DNA from: Rhodothermales bacterium
GTDB lineage: Bacteria > Bacteroidota > Rhodothermia > Rhodothermales > VXPQ01
DNA length: 64,000 nt
Direction: 5' to 3'
NCBI GenBank assembly: GCA_965223485.1
Contig: OZ244993.1
Location: 177,438-241,437 of the forward strand
Below the pieces are notes generated by a model. It had not been told where the DNA came from. It saw only the letters and a program-made list of their open reading frames with translations, and did not search any database. The translations under genes were made by a program, and so were the position numbers. Within the stretch, counting starts at the first letter, position 1; each line of letters starts with the position of its first letter. This document shows, one piece after another, positions 11,401 to 17,678 of the stretch.

Positions 11401-14180
11401 TTGCCGATCCACATCGTCACCGTGTAGTCGTATGTTTTGTCACTATCTATCTCTTCCGGTACATCGAACGTCGGCTTCAGGATATTTATGCTGATCAACC
11501 GAAACGTACCAAACGTACTGCCGCGAGTCGCCCACCTGTACGTAGCGCCCGAAGGCTCGTTCGTCGGCGTACAGTCGTCCAGCGTAAAATCGGCCGCACC
11601 CTCGTAGACCGGGTCGGGATCTATACAGGTTATGCCAGGTCTCGGGGGATACGTATCCGTGTCCCGCACCGTCACCTTAACCTCGGCGGTCCCAGCATCT
11701 GCTTTATTCGCCGTAGCCGTTACCGTGTAGGTATACGTCGTGTCCCTGTCTACATCCCCGGGGACATTGAACGTGGGCGCGCCCGTGTCGTAACCCGTCA
11801 GGTTGGCGGTCGGAGACCATGACCACGTATACTGCGGATCGCCCCCCGGGGCGTCCGACGCCTCGCAGGCCAGCGTGACGTTATTGTCCCCCTCGCTCAC
11901 AGGGTAGAGATCGCTTTCGCAGGTGACCGTGATATCAGGCTTCTCCAGCACCGTTACGGTCACATCGTCCTGGGCCACGACGGATCCCCCGGACATCATC
12001 GTCACCGTGTATTCGTAGTCCTTATTCGCATCGCCCGGCTCATCGATATCGCCCGGCACGATAAATGTGGGGGTAATGCCGTTCGTACCGCTCAACCGAT
12101 TCGCGACGTCCGTACCCGTCCAGGCGTAGGTTGCGCCCGCCGGCTCGTTCTCTACCGAACAATCCAGCGTAAACTCGCCCGAGCCTTCGTACGCCGGATC
12201 GGGATGCGTACAGGCGAGCGAAGGCGGGGGGGGATCCGTGTCCCGCACCGTCACGGAGATATTAGCATCGTCCGGACCACCATGGAGAGGGTTAGTACGT
12301 CTGAAAACGTACCGGTATTCCGTGTCCGCATCCACATCCTCGGGCACTTCGAACTCGGGAGTAAGGACATCCGTAGCGCTTAAACGCGCCAAAGCCTCCG
12401 AATCGCCTTCCCAGGAGTAGACATAATCTGCAACAACGTGGGCGCTTAAGGAGTGGTCGTACACCAACTCAAGGTCAAAAGTAAAATCTTCGTCCCCCTC
12501 GTCCCGGTCGTATTGCCCGGTGTAAAGAAGCAGGATGTGATTCCTGCCCGTCACCGATACCGACAGATTCGCGTCGGCGGTAGATCCGTCGCTTGCCGAT
12601 ACCTCGAGATTGTAAAGGTATTGGCGGAAGTCAAGGTTCGGTACATTCGGCACGCGGAAAACGGGATTCCGGATCGTATGATCGCTCAGGAGCGCCAAGT
12701 ACCCCGAATTGCCTGTCCATAAATACGTATACGCAGCGCCGGCCGGGCCGAACACCGGCTCGCAGTCCAGAACAAAATCGGGCGCTGTCTCTGCAACAGC
12801 ATAATAGTAGTAGATCCCCAAACGGTCGCCATCACAGGTCACTTCAAGAGAAAGGTTGCCGCGCGCCGCCCCTGAAACATTCGCCTCGTCCGCCTTGTCC
12901 GGACCGACATCCCCTATCACCCTGACCGTCACCCTGCGCCTTGCCGTGCGGGGCGTCCCCGAGGCCTGCGACGTCATGCTCGCTATGTAATGGTACTCCT
13001 CGCCCGCGCTGCCGGCAGGAGCCATAAACAGCGCAGACGACCTGTCCGTCGCATCCAGAGGAGCCACGCTCGTTCCCCAAAGACCCTCCCACTCCCACAA
13101 TATCGACGCTCCTTCCTCGTCGTAGTCCATACGATGCGACAGCGGATCCGCCCCCTCGCAATCGAGCGCGATCGCCTCGCCCTCCTCAACCGATACCTCC
13201 AGCGGACAATACACGCTCGGACGGCTGCTCGATACGTACACCTCCACTTCCGAGGACGACGAAAGACCCGTCGCGCGGGAGGTCGCCGTCAAACGGTACC
13301 GGTAAAGAAACGTCGTCTCACCCGAACGGAACGACTCCAGCGTCTCGTACGCCGGAGCCTCCGGAGCCACTACCGAAGGATTCGGACTGTCCTCGGGAAT
13401 CAAACGAGGATTCTCCAGATAGTCCCGCGTCGTATTGCCCACGGGCTCCCACGAATACTCCAGGTGTTCCTCTCCCGAAGCGTCCCACGCATGGCACTCG
13501 ACCTGTCCCGTCTCCAACTCCTCCAGAAACACCGCCACAGGACACTCCAGACGAGGAGGCGCCTGCGCAAAAGGCCCGCCATCCGAAGAACCGGGAAATT
13601 CCTTGTCCTCTGCGCCCGGCGACCCCGGAAAAGACGGCCAGGGAACGATCCCTTCTTCTCCCGGAACCCCGAAAGGACCCTGCGGCGGAGCCTTCTCCCA
13701 GGGAAGACAACCTTCCCGATCTCTCACAAAACCGGAAAACGTATCGCACTCCTCTTCGCGAGCCCCGGATGCTCTCTCAGCCCCCTGAACAAGACCCTCC
13801 ACCGTGACCGCTACCGACGCCGTCGCATAAACGCCCGCCCCCGTCGCCGTCAAAAGGTATGCGTACTCCTCTCCCGCCCCCGATAAGGAAGCCGTGAATA
13901 AAGGCGCCAGGGCCTGCGCATCGCTCAGAAGACGAAGCCCGTCGCCCGAGACCGCCTCCCACGCGTAGCGGATGCCCTCCTCGGGTACCGATGTCGCAGT
14001 ACACGATAACGAAACGGCCTCGCCTGCTGCAACATAAAGGCGAGGAGAGCAAGACAAGGAAAACGACTCTCCAAAAACGTCCCCACCCTTGACGGGAAAA
14101 CCGCCTTCCTCGATCACCTGACCGTATGCGACGGATGCGCATGCCAACAGCGCAACGGCAACGGATAGCATGCGCGCCAT
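5478..14180 (-). CDS. Giant secreted Ig/PKD-like repeat protein, paralog C (~2,900 aa).
   Basis: Track ORF 5478..14225 (its first codon is TTG). I place the start at the ATG at 14180 (MARMLSVAVALLACASVAYG/QVIEEGGFPVKGG), which gives a canonical signal peptide. The protein has three N-terminal Ig-like domains, irregular modules, 18 regular 98-99-aa modules, then a 482-aa conserved C-terminal module (5478-6926). Confidence 0.9.
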   Translation of the reverse strand: MARMLSVAVALLACASVAYGQVIEEGGFPVKGGDVFGESFSLSCSPRLYVAAGEAVSLSCTATSVPEEGIRYAWEAVSGDGLRLLSDAQALAPLFTASLSGAGEEYAYLLTATGAGVYATASVAVTVEGLVQGAERASGAREEECDTFSGFVRDREGCLPWEKAPPQGPFGVPGEEGIVPWPSFPGSPGAEDKEFPGSSDGGPFAQAPPRLECPVAVFLEELETGQVECHAWDASGEEHLEYSWEPVGNTTRDYLENPRLIPEDSPNPSVVAPEAPAYETLESFRSGETTFLYRYRLTATSRATGLSSSSEVEVYVSSSRPSVYCPLEVSVEEGEAIALDCEGADPLSHRMDYDEEGASILWEWEGLWGTSVAPLDATDRSSALFMAPAGSAGEEYHYIASMTSQASGTPRTARRRVTVRVIGDVGPDKADEANVSGAARGNLSLEVTCDGDRLGIYYYYAVAETAPDFVLDCEPVFGPAGAAYTYLWTGNSGYLALLSDHTIRNPVFRVPNVPNLDFRQYLYNLEVSASDGSTADANLSVSVTGRNHILLLYTGQYDRDEGDEDFTFDLELVYDHSLSAHVVADYVYSWEGDSEALARLSATDVLTPEFEVPEDVDADTEYRYVFRRTNPLHGGPDDANISVTVRDTDPPPPSLACTHPDPAYEGSGEFTLDCSVENEPAGATYAWTGTDVANRLSGTNGITPTFIVPGDIDEPGDANKDYEYTVTMMSGGSVVAQDDVTVTVLEKPDITVTCESDLYPVSEGDNNVTLACEASDAPGGDPQYTWSWSPTANLTGYDTGAPTFNVPGDVDRDTTYTYTVTATANKADAGTAEVKVTVRDTDTYPPRPGITCIDPDPVYEGAADFTLDDCTPTNEPSGATYRWATRGSTFGTFRLISINILKPTFDVPEEIDSDKTYDYTVTMWIGNFEQARDDVTVTVLNKGALALACATPSPVYEGSEDFALDCSASGAPAGSDYAYEWTARGGGDTSRLSSTTVEKPTFEVPEEVDSDETYEYTLTVSAENADDASEPVAVLVLDTDTPAPVVTCSDSEVYEGTADITLDCSVANEPPGATYAWTGTDIGNRLSGTDGITPTFAAPYDIDQPGEANKDYEYTVTMTVGGVEQASEDVTVTVLEKPNVIIACQFYPLVYEGSEDFALDCSASGDPSGTDNYNYVWTGRGSTVVPGRLSSTTIAKPTFDVPEEIDSDKTYDYTLTVSADNADSETAGITVTVLNKESLSVVCMDPAPVYEGSANFPLNCGAASGAPAGSIYTYVWEPRGATPDLSLLSNTDDPSPTFAVPEEVDEDETYEYTLTVSAENADPASADVTVTVLNKGALALACADPGSVYEGSEDIAFDCAASGAPGGSAYEYEWTARNGTANTDLLIAGADGPAPTFDVPGEVDEDETYEYLLTVSAENAESARAEVTVKVLNLGSIALVCASPPLVYEGSADFALDCSISGDTGDNVDYAYEWTAIGATPNTSRLSTADIPSPTFYVPDALDETTTYEYLLTASAENAESASAEVTVTVLNLGSIALVCASPPLVYEGSEDFALDCTASGAPGGSTYGYAWTARGSTTNTDMLGRADIASPVFAVPEEVDATTTYEYTLTVSAENAEDATAEVTVTVLNRGALAVICTDPGSVYEGSEDFALDCAVSGAPAGSAYEYEWTARNGTANTDLLIAGADGPAPTFDVPEEVDATTTYEYTLTVSAENADPASADVTVKVLNKGALALACADPGSVYEGSEDFALDCAASGAPGGSAYVYSWIAQGGKPDTGLLSATDIASPTFHVPDDVPQTTTYEYRLRVSAENAESAVALVRVKVLNKGALALVCADPGSVYEGSEDVAFDCEASGAPGGSAYVYSWIAQGGKPDTGLLSATDIASPTFHVPDDVPQTTTYEYRLRVSAENAESAVALVRVKVLNKGALALACADPGSVYEGSEDFAFDCSASGAPGDDPQYTYAWAARGDTPDTALLSAADVSSPMFYVPDEVDEDETYEYTLTVSADNAEDAAAAVTVTVLNKGALALVCADPGSVYEGSEDIAFDCTASGAPGGSTYEYEWTARNGTANTNLLIAGADGPAPTFDVPEEVDEDETYEYTLTVSADNAESVTEDVTVTVLNKGTLALVCADPGSVYEGSEDVAFDCSASGAPAGSTYNYTWEAQGDTPDTSLLSAVDVSSPMFYVPDEVDEDETYEYTLTVSAENAEDASADVTVTVLNVGALRVVCAMPSPVYEGSADIAFDCSASGAPGDDPQYTYAWTARGDTPDTALLSAADIASPTFAVPDEVDEDETYEYLLTASADNAEDAAAEVSVTVLNKGALSIACADPGSVYEGSEDTTFDCSASGAPGDDPQYTYAWTARGDTPDTSLLSAADVSSPMFYVPDEVDEDETYEYLLTVSAENAEDAKAEVTVTVLDRIRTPAPDPVSPPAEEPPVAGSSSRAPSDPTALGVTVSASSLRFGVQSAQTRASLDPMTDQISTRVSGPYHAGRMTLSPGGGASFDENGEMDLSIEVVSPVLLKREGAAEPSSLVLSPSWSFAESCEQLSSQAIGGLYTEATLTEGACRLLRFGGELDLTDAPSGRYAGSMDIVLRSGESEETHSVEVEVTVVPSQRVITIGPGGVRFSTSRELAAGLTEEQNLSIYPDVAFLTEGKPHGVFELSNPSLIPLEVSVSARFGYTEATRDGREVVVEDASDSRLGDLSQVVDIHPAVVVLQPGEKGLVRYGVKEGALAAMAEQGYAAFFDVVSSPRQYVRSDRMPEEVTGERTARVTMRVPGVYVPGEGASQLRATLLSLSYGVSMSATFLLETEDRPFAGEVVAYDGDGRELGRRETLVYTRSRVRVPLARMPEEEVVFLRFAPWGSSRVPEPTSVEWNAPGRDIGAAGEKERRTTPKSALQ
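6927..12230 (-). repeat. In-frame tandem array of ~18 units of 294-297 bp inside paralog C.
   Basis: Shadow ORFs recur at exact 294-bp spacing, e.g. identical translations starting at 8452 and 8746. The protein repeats LALACADPGSVYEGSEDFAxDCxASGAPxGSxYxYxW...PTFxVPxxV...TYEYxLTVSAENA...VTVTVLNKGA. Confidence 0.9.
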
Positions 14181-14550
14181 GCAATCAGGCAGGGCGCCGC
14201 AGCGACCGACAAAACCCGGGCTCAAATCGCCCTTTATTATATATATATATATACAAATGAGGTTCTTGCAGCCTATACTCTCTCTCGCCGGTTCGATGAC
14301 CGGGGGCCCGGCTTAGGCCAAGGGTTGATGCCGGTAGCTACCCTTTGAGGTCTCCGGTGCATCTTCCATCCGTTCGGTTTTTCTTGCTTCGGGCGTGTCG
14401 GATATGCAGGCTGCACCCATCTTGTGAATTACGTCTTCATAACAAATTATCAACGTATCAATATATTTTCAAGGCACTTATGTGCCCTAATTGTGATATT
14501 ATAGGCTATATGCGTGATTCTATTGTGAACTTCCGGGCAGACCGCTCATT
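14181..14550 (-). promoter_or_regulatory. Upstream/leader region of paralog C, duplicated upstream of paralog A.
   Basis: 14181-14550 matches 40415-40787 except for a few substitutions, a 1-bp and a 6-bp indel, and the TA-tract length. It contains an AT-rich stretch (~14424-14530), short palindromes (GGTAGCTACC; GGCAC-N4-GTGCC) and the TA tract. The promoter position itself is not determined. Confidence 0.5.
14238..14253. repeat. (TA)8 dinucleotide microsatellite, 58-73 nt upstream of the paralog C start codon.
   Basis: Read directly: ...tttat TATATATATATATATA caaatga. The paralogous position upstream of A has (TA)6. Confidence 0.95.
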
Positions 14551-14654
14551 CGGTATCATTCGGGCCAAGTCGTTGCAGAATCGGGATTGCTTTATCCGAC
14601 GACGCACGGCGCGAACCCCGGGTGCTGCCTTCAAAACAAATCGAGGTGCGGAAA

Positions 14655-17045
14655 ATGAATAAATCCAACGAGATGGAAGCGGAAATACGGGCGCTTCGCG
14701 AGCGCCTCTCCAAGTTGAGCGCGGCCGTTCTGCGAATCAGCACGAGCCTCGACCTCGATACCGTGTTGCGCGAGATCGTGGCAAGCGCCCGCGCCCTGAC
14801 CGGCGCCCGCCATGGCGGGGTCACGACCATTGACAAGGCGGGGCAGGTCCAGGACTTCGTCACCTCCGGCATCACGCCCGACGAGCACCGGCAGCTCGTG
14901 GCTTGGCCCGACGGGATGCGGCTCTTCGAGCGCCTCCGGGACCTGCCGGGCGCGATCCGGCTGCGGGACCTGCCCGCCTACGTCCGCTCGCTCGGTTTCT
15001 CCTCGGACCTGATGCGTTGGAAGACCCTGCAGGGAACGCCGATGCGCCATCGCGGCATGCACGTCGGCACCTTCTTTCTCGCCGAGAAGGAGGGCAGACC
15101 GGAGTTCACCGATGAGGACGAAGAGGTTCTGGTGCTGTTCGCGTCGCAGGCGGCGACAGCCATCGCCAACGCCCGCACGTACCAGGACGAGCAGCGAGCC
15201 CGGTCCAACCTGGAGGCTCTGGTCGATACCTCGCCGGTGGGCGTCGTGATCTTCGATGCGAGGACCGGTCACCCGGTGTCGCTCAACCGGGAGCTGAAGC
15301 GGATCGTCGGTGGCCTGCGCATGCCGGACCGCACGCCGGAGCAGTTGCTGGAGGTGTTGACGTACCGGCGCGCCGACGGGCGGGAGGTTACCCTGGACGA
15401 TTTCCCGCTGGCTCTGGCGCAGGAGCTGGGCAGCCTCGAGCTGGTTCGCGCCGAGGAGGTCGTGCTCTCGGTCCCCGACGGCCGGAGCGTCAAGACGCTG
15501 GTCAACGCCACGCCGATCCTCTCGGCGGACGGTGCGGTCGAATCCGTGGTCGTCACCCTGCAGGACATGACGCCGCTGGAGGAGCTCGAGCGGATGCGTG
15601 CCGAGTTCCTGGGCATGGTGAGCCACGAGTTGCGAGCTCCCCTCGCCTCCATCAAGGGCTGCGCTGCCACCGTGCTGGGAGCCTCATCGGCATTGGACCC
15701 TGCCGAGACGCTACAGTTTTTTCGCATTATCAACGAGCAGGCCGATCACATGCGCGACCTGATCGGCGACCTACTTGACGCGGTCCACATCGAGACGGGT
15801 ACGTTGTCGGTGACTCTCGAACCGGCGGAGGTGACTGTCATGGTGGATCAGGCCCGGACCACGTTCCTGAGCGGAGGGGGCAGCAATACCGTCCAGATAG
15901 ACCTGCCGCCGGACCTGCCGCTCGTACGGGCAGACAGGCAGCGCATCGTTCAGGTCCTGGTGAACCTGTTGACCAACGCGGCCCTGAACTCACCCGAGTC
16001 GTCCGTGATCCAGGTATCGGCAGTACGGGAGAACGTCCATGTGGCGGTCTCGGTCACCGACCAGGGACGAGGCATTCCCGCCGAACGTCAGCCCCACCTG
16101 TTCAAGAAGTTCGCCCGCAGCGGCCTGGAAGAACGAGGGCGCGGGGTCGGCGCGGGTCTGGGCCTGGCCATCTGCAAAGGCCTGGTGGAGGCCCATGGGG
16201 GCCGCATCTGGGCCGAGAGCGAGGGAACGGGCCTGGGCACGCGGTTCACCTTCACGATTCCCCTGGTCGAGGAGGTCGGGACCGGTGTCATGGAGGTCCC
16301 GACGCATAGGCCGCTCCGCCCGCGGCGCGCAGATCGGCAGAAGCCGCTCGTACTCGTGGTGGACGATGACCCCCTGGTACTGGGGTATATACGGGGGGTC
16401 CTTGAGGACGCCGGTTTTAGCCTGCTCGTGACCGGCGACCCGAAAGAGGTGTCCGACCTGATCAAGACGCGCCAGCCCGACCTGGTGCTGCTGGACCTGC
16501 TGCTGCCTGGTACGGACGGCATACAGCTGATGCAAGACGTTCCGGCGCTGGCCGATCGACCGGTTATCTTCCTGTCCGCATATGGCCGGGATGAAACGAT
16601 TGCAAGGGCCCTGGAGATCGGAGCGGTCGATTACATCGTCAAGCCGTTTTCGCCTACGGAGCTGGTGGCCAGGATCCAGGCGGCGCTGCGTAAGAGCGAC
16701 TTGCCCTCCGAAACGTACCGGTCAGGGGGTCTCGTGATCAACTACGAGGAACGCCGGGTGACTGTGGACGGATGCGCGGTGCGACTTACCGCCACCGAGT
16801 ACGATCTGCTCCGCGTCCTTTCGACCAACGCCGGCCGGGTAGTGACCTACGAAAACCTGCTGCGTAGCGTGTGGCGCTCGCGCAGCTCCGGCGACGCGCG
16901 CCTGGTGCGGGCTTTCGTGAAGAAACTGCGCCGCAAGCTGGGCGACGATGCGAGCAACCCAACGTACATCTTCACCGAGCCGCGGGTAGGCTACCGCATG
17001 CATAGACCCGACGACGCGTCAGAGGCCGCGAGTGTGTATAAGTGA
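14655..17045 (+). CDS. Single-polypeptide two-component system: GAF-PAS-histidine kinase fused to a receiver and an OmpR/PhoB-type winged-helix DNA-binding domain. No transmembrane segment.
   Basis: Motifs seen: H-box MVSHELRAPLASIKG; ATPase boxes DQGRGIP and GVGAGLGLAICKGLVEAHGGRIWAES; receiver LVLVVDDDP...DLVLLDLLLPGTDG...DYIVKPF; wHTH LTATEYDLLRVL...VKKLRRKLGD...TEPRVGYRM. The track ORF starts at a GTG at 14622. The ATG at 14655 is preceded by GAGG 8 nt upstream, so I prefer it. Confidence 0.85.
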   Translation: MNKSNEMEAEIRALRERLSKLSAAVLRISTSLDLDTVLREIVASARALTGARHGGVTTIDKAGQVQDFVTSGITPDEHRQLVAWPDGMRLFERLRDLPGAIRLRDLPAYVRSLGFSSDLMRWKTLQGTPMRHRGMHVGTFFLAEKEGRPEFTDEDEEVLVLFASQAATAIANARTYQDEQRARSNLEALVDTSPVGVVIFDARTGHPVSLNRELKRIVGGLRMPDRTPEQLLEVLTYRRADGREVTLDDFPLALAQELGSLELVRAEEVVLSVPDGRSVKTLVNATPILSADGAVESVVVTLQDMTPLEELERMRAEFLGMVSHELRAPLASIKGCAATVLGASSALDPAETLQFFRIINEQADHMRDLIGDLLDAVHIETGTLSVTLEPAEVTVMVDQARTTFLSGGGSNTVQIDLPPDLPLVRADRQRIVQVLVNLLTNAALNSPESSVIQVSAVRENVHVAVSVTDQGRGIPAERQPHLFKKFARSGLEERGRGVGAGLGLAICKGLVEAHGGRIWAESEGTGLGTRFTFTIPLVEEVGTGVMEVPTHRPLRPRRADRQKPLVLVVDDDPLVLGYIRGVLEDAGFSLLVTGDPKEVSDLIKTRQPDLVLLDLLLPGTDGIQLMQDVPALADRPVIFLSAYGRDETIARALEIGAVDYIVKPFSPTELVARIQAALRKSDLPSETYRSGGLVINYEERRVTVDGCAVRLTATEYDLLRVLSTNAGRVVTYENLLRSVWRSRSSGDARLVRAFVKKLRRKLGDDASNPTYIFTEPRVGYRMHRPDDASEAASVYK

Positions 17046-17148
17046 GGGCTACCTTCGCCTTGAACGAAGGACTATGGGTTCTGCGTGTGCGTCTTGACAT
17101 GGGTCTCGTCGGGTTGATCGGATCGGAACAAGGTCGCAACGGTACACC

Positions 17149-17672
17149 TTAAATTCCGCGAAAATCTGTCCAATCAAACCGAACCACCTCTACGGTCACA
17201 TCTTCGGTGACGTCATCAATGCCCGCAGCCGACAGCGTCAGCGTGTAGGCGTACGTCTGCTTGTAATCATCATTGTCCCCCCGTATATCGTCCGGCACGG
17301 CGAACGCTCGTTCGCACCGTTCAAAAGATGAAGCCCGTCGCCCAAGATCGCCTCCCAGGCGTAGCGAACGCCCTCCTCGGGCGCGCCTGTCGCAATACAC
17401 GAAAACAGAACAGATTCCCCTACCTGAACGGTAAGACGGGATGGACAAGACAAAGAAAACGACTCACCCGAAATGCCGTTGCCTTTTACAGGAAACCCGC
17501 CTTCCTCTATAACCTGACCCTGCGCCGTAGATACGCAGAGTAGCCCGGCGGCAAGTATGCAGATCATTCGGCCGACAAGCCCCGAATGCATTTTTATTGC
17601 CCCTCTCTGGAAATCGTTACAGAAAGACACAACGCTGCCAATGCAACATACACAGGTCTTGATACTACTCAT
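17149..17672 (-). pseudogene. Frameshifted remnant of the giant-protein family: signal peptide and first Ig-like domain joined out of frame to the tail of one repeat module.
   Basis: ORF 17238..17672 encodes ...MHSGLVGRMICILAAGLLCVSTAQG/QVIEEGGFPVKG...RYAWEAILGDGLHLL and then derails. ORF 17149..17448, in another frame, ends ...FAVPDDIRGDNDDYKQTYAYTLTLSAAGIDDVTEDVTVEVV, which is a module tail. There is no C-terminal module. Confidence 0.75.
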
Positions 17673-17678
17673 ATACCT

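Noticed and set aside
6927-12230. Regular 294-bp periodicity could superficially suggest a CRISPR-like or satellite array.
   Set aside because: The period is far longer than CRISPR repeat-spacer units and there is no short conserved repeat alternating with unique spacers. The whole array is one open reading frame encoding a protein-domain repeat.
14290-14320. tRNA-like T-arm sequence (gccGGTTCGATGACCgg) in the upstream regions of C and A, considered as a possible tRNA fragment or att site matching tRNA-Ala.
   Set aside because: The loop is 8 nt, not 7. The flanks do not match the 3' end of the tRNA-Ala at 24869-24944 (GGTTCGATTCCCCTTGGCTCCACCA) and there is no acceptor-stem remnant.
14345-14662. 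Small plus-strand ORFs inside the duplicated upstream regions (14345..14662 and 40360..40722) as possible conserved small proteins.
   Set aside because: The two copies differ by 1-bp and 6-bp indels and end at different stops. The composition is Cys/Arg/Leu-rich noise and the frame is not preserved across the duplicated segment.
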